A program made the position numbers and the translations under genes. 64,000 nucleotides of DNA, from the NCBI GenBank assembly GCA_902609645.1, contig CACLSS010000002.1, positions 10,680 through 74,679 of the forward strand. Direction: 5' to 3'. The notes below the pieces were generated by a model. The model had not been told where the DNA came from. It made no database searches and saw nothing but the letters and a program-made list of their open reading frames with translations. Positions within the stretch are counted from its first letter, which is position 1. Each line of letters opens with the position of its first letter. The stretch is from an uncultured Pelagibacteraceae bacterium (lineage in GTDB: Bacteria; Pseudomonadota; Alphaproteobacteria; Pelagibacterales; Pelagibacteraceae). Positions 17,941 to 26,273 of this stretch are shown here, piece by piece.

Positions 17941-19257
17941 TTAATTAAAATTTAATGGTTTGCCTTTGGCAGGTGATGCAATCTTGTTATTTTCCATCAC
18001 AATTTCTCCATTAACTATTGTCGCTACAGGAAAGCCTTTTACTTTATAATTATTAAAGGGTGTCCATCCACATTTACTTTCAATCCAATCGTCCTTAATA
18101 ACAACCTCTTTATTCATATCAATAACTGTCAGATCAGCATCAAAGCTTTCTTTAATGTATCCTTTGTTTTTAATACCAAATAAATCACAAGGGTTCTCGC
18201 AAACTAATTTTATTAATTTTTCTATTTTTAGTTTACCTTTATTTACATGATCAAGCATAATGGGAAGTAAAGTTTGCACTCCTGGCATTCCAGATGGTGA
18301 TAAAGGATATTTCCTATTTTTTTCTTCTTTTGTATGAGGTGCATGATCAGATCCGATTGTACTTACTAAAGATTCATCAACAGCATTCCACAATCTATCA
18401 TGGTGATCCTTTGATCTTAATGGTGGATTCATTTGACTAAAAGTTTTCAAACTATCATAACAATCAGGCGCATATATAGTTAGGTGTTGAGGCGTTATTT
18501 CAAAAGTTACGTTGTCTCTTTTTTCTGAAAAAAAATCTATCTCTTGTTTGGTTGTTACATGAAGTATATGAATTTTCTTTTTATATTTTTGCGCAATTCT
18601 TACTACCCTTTTTGTTGACTCAAGTGCACATTTCTCGTTTCTCCAAATTGGATGTGAGTGGACATCACCATCTTTAATATATTTTTTTCTAGATAAAAGA
18701 ATATTTTCATCTTCAGAATGTACGGAGATAATTTTGCTACTATTTGATATAACTTTCTCAATATCTTTTTCTTGGCTTACTAAAAGATTTCCTGTAGAGG
18801 AACCGGCAAAAAGTTTAACCCCACAACATCCTTTTAAAGTATCAACCGCAGCAAGCTCTTTCATATTATTCGGGGTCGCTCCGAAATAAAATGCATAATT
18901 ACAAAACATTCTATTTTTAGCAGCATCTAGTTTTTTATTAAATTCATCAAAAGTTGAAGTAGGTGGATTTGTATTTGGCATTTCAAACACAGAGGTTACA
19001 CCGCCAGCTACTGCTGCTCTACTTCCGCTTTCTAAGTTTTCAGCATTATTTGCTCCTGGCTCTCTGAAATGAACTTGAGTATCTATAACGCCAGGTAAAA
19101 CAATTTTGTTACTAGCATCAAAAATCTTAGAGTTATTTGGGTCAATTTTTCCAATTTTTTTTATTTTGTTGCCTGTAAGTGCTAAATCGATATTTTGAAA
19201 TTTTCCATCAATATAACATGATCCATTTTTAATTATGAGACTATAGTTGTCAGACAT
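17941..19257 (-). CDS. pyrC: Dihydroorotase (long, multifunctional-complex/allantoinase-like type)
   Basis: The 438-aa amidohydrolase has the motifs DTQVHFREPG, GVKLF (candidate carbamylated Lys), VHSED, ILHVTT and GSDHAPH. Confidence 0.75.
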   Translation of the reverse strand: MSDNYSLIIKNGSCYIDGKFQNIDLALTGNKIKKIGKIDPNNSKIFDASNKIVLPGVIDTQVHFREPGANNAENLESGSRAAVAGGVTSVFEMPNTNPPTSTFDEFNKKLDAAKNRMFCNYAFYFGATPNNMKELAAVDTLKGCCGVKLFAGSSTGNLLVSQEKDIEKVISNSSKIISVHSEDENILLSRKKYIKDGDVHSHPIWRNEKCALESTKRVVRIAQKYKKKIHILHVTTKQEIDFFSEKRDNVTFEITPQHLTIYAPDCYDSLKTFSQMNPPLRSKDHHDRLWNAVDESLVSTIGSDHAPHTKEEKNRKYPLSPSGMPGVQTLLPIMLDHVNKGKLKIEKLIKLVCENPCDLFGIKNKGYIKESFDADLTVIDMNKEVVIKDDWIESKCGWTPFNNYKVKGFPVATIVNGEIVMENNKIASPAKGKPLNFN

Positions 19258-19292
19258 ATTTTGATAAATATAATATATAATAAACTCTTTTT

Positions 19293-20180
19293 ATGAAAAA
19301 AGATCAAATATTTATTTTAAAAGATAGGGGTGTAGTGTTCATAAGTGGTGAGGACGTAAAGGATTTTTTACAAAATATTGTTACTAATGATATTAATAAG
19401 GTGAAAAACAATCACAGCTCTTTTTCTTCACTATTATCTCCTCAAGGCAAGTATTTATTTGACTTTATAATTGTAAAACACAAACAGGGATATTTTTTAG
19501 ATTGCGAAGCTAATCAAATTGATGAATTAATAAATAAACTTAACATTTATAAGCTTAATTCAAAAGTTGAAATTTTAAATTTATCTAATGAGTTTCAGGT
19601 AGCAGTTATTAGCAACGAAAAGTTTCTTACTTTGGATAATACAAAAAATGATGCTGGATTTACGACTACTTATAGAGATGACGCATTTTTTGTTGACCCC
19701 AGAAATAAAAAACTTGGAGCAAGGTTAATTATTAATTTAGAAAAACTTTACATGTCTATCAAAAAATTAGAATTAAAGTTGGAAGATCCTAAAAAATATT
19801 ATGCCATTAGCCATAAATTAGGTATTGCACAAATTTGTACAAAAGACCTCCAAGAGAAACTTTTTGGCTTAGAATGTAATTTTGAAGAGTTTAATGGAAT
19901 AGATTTTAAAAAAGGCTGTTATGTAGGTCAGGAAAATACAGCTAGAATGAAGTTGAAAAATAAAATTAGAAAAAGATTAATTCCTATTGAGGCTAAAGAT
20001 GATGTGAAATCTGGTAGTGAAATTAGTTTTAAAAATGAGAATATTGGTAAAGTTCTTATTGGTGGAGAATATCCTTTCGCTTTAATAAAATTTGGAGAAC
20101 ATGAAAAGAATTATATAGGAGAAGACTTAATCTGTGATGGTTTTAATATTAAATTAATTAAGCCAATTTGGTTAAGTTAA
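19293..20180 (+). CDS. ygfZ: YgfZ/CAF17 folate-binding protein (GcvT-like, Fe-S cluster repair / tRNA modification)
   Basis: The 295-aa ORF carries the family signature KGCYVGQE. Confidence 0.7.
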   Translation: MKKDQIFILKDRGVVFISGEDVKDFLQNIVTNDINKVKNNHSSFSSLLSPQGKYLFDFIIVKHKQGYFLDCEANQIDELINKLNIYKLNSKVEILNLSNEFQVAVISNEKFLTLDNTKNDAGFTTTYRDDAFFVDPRNKKLGARLIINLEKLYMSIKKLELKLEDPKKYYAISHKLGIAQICTKDLQEKLFGLECNFEEFNGIDFKKGCYVGQENTARMKLKNKIRKRLIPIEAKDDVKSGSEISFKNENIGKVLIGGEYPFALIKFGEHEKNYIGEDLICDGFNIKLIKPIWLS

Positions 20181-20187
20181 TAGAAAT

Positions 20188-20862
20188 ATGTTTTCCAATT
20201 TATTTGAAAAAATACATATTCTACAAAATTTGTACATTAAAAATAAATGTTTTCTGAAAAAGAAATCCTATTCAATGGATGGTGAAGATATACAAATATT
20301 TAATTATTTTAAAAATAAGAAAAATGGGTTTTATGTTGATGTGGGTGCTTATCATCCAATTCAAAGAAATAATACTATGCTTCTATACCTTAATGGTTGG
20401 GAGGGAATAAATATTGATATAAGTGATTTTTCTATAAAATTATTTAATCATCTTAGGTCAAGAGATAGTAATTTGAATTTAGCTATATCAAATAAAGAGG
20501 GTAATGTTGAAATGTTTTACCAAAAAAAATTATCTCAACTTTCAACTATTAAAAAAGAGTATGCTAATAAAAGTTTTCAGGGAAATATTAAAACAAAGGA
20601 GATTAATTCAAAAACTTTAACTTCAGTTTTAAATGATTCAAAATTTAAAGGAAAAAAAATTGATTTTCTTGATATTGATGTAGAAGGAGCGGATATTGAT
20701 GTTTTAGAATCTTTGGATTTTCACAAATACTCACCAGAACTAATCTGTGTTGAGGTAATTGAAAAAAATAATGAGGATAGCCAAATCTTTAAGTTTTTGA
20801 AAAAAAGAGGGTATCAAAAGATTTGGTCAGGAGTTTTTAGCCACATTTTTAAAAGAACTTAG
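20188..20862 (+). CDS. FkbM-family SAM-dependent methyltransferase
   Basis: The 224-aa ORF has YVDVGAY (motif I-like) and [19 protein letters not shown], both typical of the FkbM family. Confidence 0.6.
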   Translation: MFSNLFEKIHILQNLYIKNKCFLKKKSYSMDGEDIQIFNYFKNKKNGFYVDVGAYHPIQRNNTMLLYLNGWEGINIDISDFSIKLFNHLRSRDSNLNLAISNKEGNVEMFYQKKLSQLSTIKKEYANKSFQGNIKTKEINSKTLTSVLNDSKFKGKKIDFLDIDVEGADIDVLESLDFHKYSPELICVEVIEKNNEDSQIFKFLKKRGYQKIWSGVFSHIFKRT

Positions 20863-20912
20863 TAAAGCGAAATCCTATATACATATTTAACTTTTTTAGA
20901 TATAGAGTGCCG

Positions 20913-22598
20913 ATGGCTAAAATTAAATCTGACATAGAGATTGCTAGAGCCTCTAAAATTAAACCAATATCTGACATTCTTAAAAAATATAATATTCCTG
21001 ATAATCACAGTACGTTTAGTCCAATGGGACGACATATTGCAAAATTAAACTTTGAATATATCGATAAGTTAAAAGAAAAAAAAAGTAATCTAATTTTGGT
21101 TACGGCTATAACACCTACACCCGCAGGGGAAGGAAAAACAACCACATCGGTTGGACTTAATGATGCTTTAAACAAAGCGGGTAAACAATCAATTGTATGT
21201 TTAAGAGAACCAAGTTTAGGCCCGTCATTTGGAATGAAAGGTGGAGCTGCTGGTGGTGGTTATTCTCAAGTTATACCGATGGAACAAATTAATTTACATT
21301 TTACTGGCGACTTTCATGCAATAACAACTGCTCATAACCTTTTATCAGCACTAATAGATAATCATATTTATTGGGGTAATAAGTTAAATATAGATCCTGA
21401 TAATATAGTTTGGAAACGTGTAGTTGATTTAAATGATCGAGCACTTAGGAAAATTGAAATAAATCAGGAAAAATTAAAAAATAATATACCTAGAAACGAT
21501 AGTTTCGATATTACTGTTGCATCGGAGGTAATGGCTATTTTTTGTCTTTCGAACAATTTAAAAGACCTAGAAAATAAAATTGGAAATATTACTATTGCTT
21601 ATACAAAAGATAAAAAGGCAATTTATGCTAAAGATTTAAATGCACATGGGCCAATGACTGTACTTCTTAAAGAGGCTATTAGACCAAATGCCGTACAGAC
21701 ACTTGAAAATAACTTAGCATTAATTCATGGAGGTCCATTCGCTAATATTGCACACGGATGTAATTCAATTATTGCAACAAAAACTGCATTAAAAATCTCA
21801 GATTATGTTGTGACCGAAGCTGGATTTGGCGCAGACCTTGGTGCTGAAAAATTTTTAAATATTAAATGTCGAAAAGCCAAAATCCAACCTAGCTGTGTTG
21901 TTCTTGTTGCAACAATAAGAGCAATAAAAATGCATGGTGGAGTAGAAAAAGATGATCTAAAAAAAGAAAATTTAGAGTCGCTTAAAAAAGGTTTGCCTAA
22001 CCTTGAAAGACACGTACAAAATATAAAACAATTTGGACTACAAATTATAGTAGCAATAAATCATTTTGTTACAGATACTGACAAAGAAATTCAGGCTGTA
22101 AAAGAATACTGCTCTAAACTTGGGGTCAAAGCTAGTCTTTGCAAACATTGGGCTGATGGAGGAAATGGAGCAAAAGATTTAGCAAGTAATGTGATTGATT
22201 TATGTAAAAAAAATAAAAAAGAAACATTTAAAAATCTATATTCTGATGAGACACCAATATTGGAAAAAATAGAAAAGATTGCAAAAAATATTTATAAAGC
22301 AAAATCTGTTGAGGTAGATGAAAAAATTAAGGAACAAATAAAAAATATAGAACATGCGGGTTTTAAAAAATTTCCAATTTGTATTGCAAAAACACAATAT
22401 AGTTTTTCAACTGATCCAAAGTTAAAAGGTGCTCCATCAGATCATATTTTGCAAGTAAGAGAAGTTAGGTTATCAAGTGGAGCAGAATTTGTAGTTGTTG
22501 TTTGTGGTACAATAATGACTATGCCCGGGCTTCCTAGAACCCCAGCAGCGGACTCTATAAAATTAAATAACAAAGGTGAAATAGAAGGTCTTTTCTAA
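20913..22598 (+). CDS. fhs: Formate--tetrahydrofolate ligase
   Basis: Family motifs are [18 protein letters not shown] and [10 protein letters not shown]. The ORF track starts at GTG 20907; I prefer ATG 20913 ([11 protein letters not shown]), as in typical FTHFS N-termini. Confidence 0.93.
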   Translation: MAKIKSDIEIARASKIKPISDILKKYNIPDNHSTFSPMGRHIAKLNFEYIDKLKEKKSNLILVTAITPTPAGEGKTTTSVGLNDALNKAGKQSIVCLREPSLGPSFGMKGGAAGGGYSQVIPMEQINLHFTGDFHAITTAHNLLSALIDNHIYWGNKLNIDPDNIVWKRVVDLNDRALRKIEINQEKLKNNIPRNDSFDITVASEVMAIFCLSNNLKDLENKIGNITIAYTKDKKAIYAKDLNAHGPMTVLLKEAIRPNAVQTLENNLALIHGGPFANIAHGCNSIIATKTALKISDYVVTEAGFGADLGAEKFLNIKCRKAKIQPSCVVLVATIRAIKMHGGVEKDDLKKENLESLKKGLPNLERHVQNIKQFGLQIIVAINHFVTDTDKEIQAVKEYCSKLGVKASLCKHWADGGNGAKDLASNVIDLCKKNKKETFKNLYSDETPILEKIEKIAKNIYKAKSVEVDEKIKEQIKNIEHAGFKKFPICIAKTQYSFSTDPKLKGAPSDHILQVREVRLSSGAEFVVVVCGTIMTMPGLPRTPAADSIKLNNKGEIEGLF

Positions 22599-22603
22599 AT
22601 ATT

Positions 22604-23569
22604 TTATTGTCCAGACTCAGTATCTCCAGCACAATTGCCGGTACAGTCTGCCTCTGACTTAGCTTTTTGGGCATCACGATCTGACTCTGAATAAGTAGCG
22701 GCTGCCTCTGCTGCTCCCATGCCCTCTCCTAAACCACCGGCTTCTATATCTGCAGCCATTTCTTGCATTGCAGTATTATGGGCTTCTGCATCAAAAAAAT
22801 CACTTTTCATAGTTTCTAACGAAGGCATTATATCTTTAGTAAAACCTGAAGCCTTTGCTGCCTCTGAAACTTTTTGTGTTGACTCAGCTATTCCCAGTTT
22901 TTCTGCTTCAGCTAGTTGTTTTGCCAGTTCCTCTGGGGAAATTCCTTTTTCTGCGGATTCTATAACCTCAGACTTGATTGAAGGATTATCTACTACTGCC
23001 TTTGCAATATCTTCTATGCTTAAAGTCTTTATGCCTGAATCGTTAATATTTTTACTTACCTCAAAAAGATTGAGTCCCTCTTTGTCAACATCTGTCATAT
23101 CTTTTACCAGGGAGGCTAGTTTATCTTTTTTGTTTTTTTTCATATCGGCTGAAACTTGAAAAATTTCTTCGATCTCTTTGTCTTGTAACTTGCTCATATC
23201 TATTACAGATAAATCATTAACAAATTCTTTTGGGACTGAATTATTAATATCGACTAGTGATTTGTCTACAAAATTCAAAGTTTTTTCTGTTATTTCAAGA
23301 TTGTTGTTTTTGAAATTTTCTTGCGCAAACTCTATAACTGCATCCATCTGTTTAATGGCATTATCAATCACTACAACCTTAGAAGAATTATCAATAGAAA
23401 GTGAGTTTAATTTACTTCTAACATCTTTAGTTTCTTTTACAAAGTTTTTGTAACTTTTCTCAAGATCATCGTTTGCTTTAACAAAAAAAGTCGAAAAAAT
23501 AGAAATTAAGAAAAAGTAAAATATAAAATTTGTTAATTTTTTATTTATTTCAAAAAATTTTTTTATCAT
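22604..23569 (-). CDS. Secreted, highly acidic hypothetical protein with an Ala/Gly/Glu-rich, two-Cys C-terminal tail
   Basis: The 321-aa ORF has a signal/anchor (FIFYFFLISIFSTFFVKA/ND) and a long D/E/K-rich, probably helical body. The tail is ...AADIEAGGLGEGMGAAEAAATYSESDRDAQKAKSEADCTGNCAGDTESGQ. I recognise no family. Confidence 0.5.
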   Translation of the reverse strand: MIKKFFEINKKLTNFIFYFFLISIFSTFFVKANDDLEKSYKNFVKETKDVRSKLNSLSIDNSSKVVVIDNAIKQMDAVIEFAQENFKNNNLEITEKTLNFVDKSLVDINNSVPKEFVNDLSVIDMSKLQDKEIEEIFQVSADMKKNKKDKLASLVKDMTDVDKEGLNLFEVSKNINDSGIKTLSIEDIAKAVVDNPSIKSEVIESAEKGISPEELAKQLAEAEKLGIAESTQKVSEAAKASGFTKDIMPSLETMKSDFFDAEAHNTAMQEMAADIEAGGLGEGMGAAEAAATYSESDRDAQKAKSEADCTGNCAGDTESGQ

Positions 23570-23570
23570 A

Positions 23571-24227
23571 TTATTTTTTTTCTATTTTATTATACAAATC
23601 TTCATACTGCTTATTTTTTAGTGCTGTATTAAAATTATTTACTGCTTTTTTATATTGAGATATTAATTTTTCACGTTTTTTTATATCTTTGCTAATCTTT
23701 TCTTTTTTTATTTCTCCTCTTTGTAAAAAATCTCCCATTATCCAGTATCTTTCTATTGCTTCCTCAATACCTGTATTCAAATCCATTCCCAGAGATTTTC
23801 TCATTTTTTCTCTAGATTTATTTAATTTTATTAGAGAAACTACGTCTTTCCCATTTTTATTTGTTTCCGGCCAAGATTTAATAAATTCTTTAACTTTTTT
23901 TTCTTTCAGTTTTAGTTGGTTTAAATAAAATAATTCAAACATTGCTAATGCATATAATTGCTGCCCTGGTTTTCTTTGATGATATACTTTAGATCTTTTG
24001 AATGTTAAGCTCATTTCCTTTGTTGCCTTGTTAGCCCTACATGTGAAAGTTTTACAATTTGTTCCAAAAAATTTCAACATACCATCTGGGTATTTAATTG
24101 GCTCAGAAAAAACACCTAATAATTTAATTTCTTTTTCAACTGTCTGTGGACTAGCTGATTCACTAAATAATTTTGATGGTAACAATATCCAAAGTCCTAA
24201 AAAAATTATAAAAATTTTAATTTTCAT
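23571..24227 (-). CDS. Secreted, highly basic hypothetical protein
   Basis: The 218-aa ORF has the signal peptide MKIKIFIIFLGLWILLPSKLFS, a Cys pair (NCKTFTC) and a Lys-rich C-terminal helical region. Its stop lies 1 nt before the next gene's start. I recognise no family. Confidence 0.5.
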   Translation of the reverse strand: MKIKIFIIFLGLWILLPSKLFSESASPQTVEKEIKLLGVFSEPIKYPDGMLKFFGTNCKTFTCRANKATKEMSLTFKRSKVYHQRKPGQQLYALAMFELFYLNQLKLKEKKVKEFIKSWPETNKNGKDVVSLIKLNKSREKMRKSLGMDLNTGIEEAIERYWIMGDFLQRGEIKKEKISKDIKKREKLISQYKKAVNNFNTALKNKQYEDLYNKIEKK

Positions 24228-24316
24228 TTTTTATTAATCTAAATTTCAGATTTACATCAGAGTAATTATAAAAAAAAGAGTTTTTTTAATAATTTCTATA
24301 TATTTTATAAGCTTTT

Positions 24317-24400
24317 TGGTGCGGTCGGAGAGACTCGAACTCTCACGGGAAACCCACACGCCCCTCAAGCGTGCCTGTCTACCAATTTCAGCACGACCGC
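24317..24400 (-). tRNA. tRNA-Leu (anticodon GAG)
   Basis: The reverse complement folds as a cloverleaf. The acceptor is GCGGTCG/CGACCGC and the anticodon stem is CACGC/GCGTG with loop TTGAGGG. It has a 12-nt variable arm, a T arm GAGAG-TTCGAGT-CTCTC and an encoded CCA. Confidence 0.9.
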
Positions 24401-24461
24401 ATTAATTTATATGCGACAATAAATGAATGACTTTTTATCTTCAAGTTGATAAATTATTTGT

Positions 24462-25436
24462 ATGTCTTCACAAGAATTAAACGGTATATATGAAAAAATT
24501 TCATCTGTAGTGCCTGAAATAGAGTGGAAATTTCACGCTCCAATCATAGAAAAAATAAATAGATTAAAAAAAGAAAAAGATGCTGTAATACTTGCCCATA
24601 ATTATCAAACACCAGAAATTTATCATGGTGTAGCTGATATTTCAGCTGACTCTCTTGCTCTTGCTTTAGAAGCGGCTAAAACAGAATCTAGAATTATAGT
24701 TTTATGTGGAGTTCATTTTATGGCTGAAACTGCAAAATTAATGAACCCCAGTAAAAAAGTTTTGATACCTGATATGCAAGCTGGCTGCTCATTAGCAGAG
24801 TCAATTACAGGTCAAGATGTAAGAATGCTGAAAGAAAAATATCCAGGTGTTCCAGTAGTATCTTATGTCAATACTTCTGCTGATGTAAAAGCAGAAACAG
24901 ACATATGTTGTACATCTGCAAATGCTGTAAAAGTTGTTGAGTCTTTAGGAACAGATAAAGTAATTTTTCTTCCTGATCATTATCTTGCAAACTACGTTCA
25001 AAAAAATACAAAAGTAAAAATCATTTCATGGCAAGGAACATGTATGGTCCACGAAAAATTTACAGGTAAAGAGGTTGAGGATATTAAAAAAGAAAATCCA
25101 GGAATTGAAGTTATTGCTCACCCTGAATGCCCACCAGATGTGATAAGTGCTTCTGACTTTGCGGGATCAACATCAAGTATGGTAAAGTATGTAAAGGAAA
25201 AACAACCAAAAAAAGTTTTGTTAGTAACTGAATGTACAATGAGCGATAATGTTCAAGTTGAAAATCCAAACGTTCAATTTGTAAAACCGTGTAACCTTTG
25301 TCCTCATATGAAAAAAATTACTTTAAATAAAATCTATGATTGTTTAAAGAATGAAACCAATGAAATTAAAATTGGTCATAATATTGCTGAAATGGCAAGA
25401 AAATCTGTTTTGAGAATGGCCGAAATTGGTAGATAA
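24462..25436 (+). CDS. nadA: Quinolinate synthase
   Basis: The 324-aa ORF has the motifs [24 protein letters not shown] and HPECP. Confidence 0.9.
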   Translation: MSSQELNGIYEKISSVVPEIEWKFHAPIIEKINRLKKEKDAVILAHNYQTPEIYHGVADISADSLALALEAAKTESRIIVLCGVHFMAETAKLMNPSKKVLIPDMQAGCSLAESITGQDVRMLKEKYPGVPVVSYVNTSADVKAETDICCTSANAVKVVESLGTDKVIFLPDHYLANYVQKNTKVKIISWQGTCMVHEKFTGKEVEDIKKENPGIEVIAHPECPPDVISASDFAGSTSSMVKYVKEKQPKKVLLVTECTMSDNVQVENPNVQFVKPCNLCPHMKKITLNKIYDCLKNETNEIKIGHNIAEMARKSVLRMAEIGR

Positions 25437-25442
25437 TTTCGA

Positions 25443-26273
25443 GTGCAAAAATTAAATCAAAAATATATTAACACTGTTGTTAAAAAAGCTCTAGATGAAG
25501 ATTTAAGGCCTAGAGGGGATATAACAACTAATTTAATTAGTTTCAAAAATAAGAAATTAAAAGCAAAAATTATTGCAAAACAAAATGGAGTGATTGCTGG
25601 ACTAGACTTTTGTAAAACTGCTTTTAAATTAATTGGAAGAGAAACAGTCTTTATTAAAAAAGTCTCTGATGGGGAAAAAATTAGAAAAAATAAAGTGATT
25701 GCTGAAATAAGAGCTAGAATTAAAACAATCTTAATTGCAGAAAGAACTGCATTAAACTTTCTTAATCATGCTTCAGGTATCGCAACGTTAACTAATCAAT
25801 TCGTAAAAAAAACAAGTAAAAAAACTAAGATATGTTGCACCAGAAAAACTACACCTAATTTAAGAGCTCTTGAAAAATATGCTGTCAAAAAAGGTGGAGG
25901 ATATAACCATAGATATAATTTAAGTGATGAAATCCTGATAAAAGATAATCATATCATTGCATCTAATGGCCTTAGAGAATTGGTTAAGAAAGCTTTAAAA
26001 ACAAAAAAAATTGTTACAGTAGAAATAGAAAATATCAATCAACTCAAGCAGATTATGGGTCTTAAGTTTAAAAGAATACTTTTTGATAATATGAACATTT
26101 CAAAATTAAAAAAATGCTTAAAACTTTGTAAAAATAGATATCAAACTGAGCACTCAGGAAATGCATCATTAAGAAATATTAAAAAGATATCAAAAACAGG
26201 AATTAATAGAATATCTGTTGGTGCGATTACTCATAGCGCTAAATCTTTTGATAGTAGCTTATTGATACTTTAA
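25443..26273 (+). CDS. nadC: Nicotinate-nucleotide pyrophosphorylase (carboxylating)
   Basis: The 276-aa ORF uses a GTG start. It has the motifs ALDEDL..GDITT, ERTALNFL, TRKTTP and KDNH. It lies directly downstream of nadA. Confidence 0.88.
   Translation: MQKLNQKYINTVVKKALDEDLRPRGDITTNLISFKNKKLKAKIIAKQNGVIAGLDFCKTAFKLIGRETVFIKKVSDGEKIRKNKVIAEIRARIKTILIAERTALNFLNHASGIATLTNQFVKKTSKKTKICCTRKTTPNLRALEKYAVKKGGGYNHRYNLSDEILIKDNHIIASNGLRELVKKALKTKKIVTVEIENINQLKQIMGLKFKRILFDNMNISKLKKCLKLCKNRYQTEHSGNASLRNIKKISKTGINRISVGAITHSAKSFDSSLLIL

Noticed and set aside
22719-23159. A 146-aa plus-strand ORF antisense to the acidic secreted protein gene. The 91-aa ORF at 23178-23453 is similar.
   Set aside because: This is an artefact of the Ala/Glu/Ser codon bias of the sense gene. 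It has no start context or signal, and the sense ORF has a signal peptide and operon context.
22599-24461. The idea that the two hypothetical genes form an integrated island at tRNA-Leu, and likewise 41985-44413 at tRNA-Arg.
   Set aside because: I found no integrase, no recombinase and no direct repeat of either tRNA's 3' end at the distal boundary. Apart from the 3' tail of the acidic protein gene, composition is like the surrounding DNA. I kept these only as a weak contextual note within the findings.
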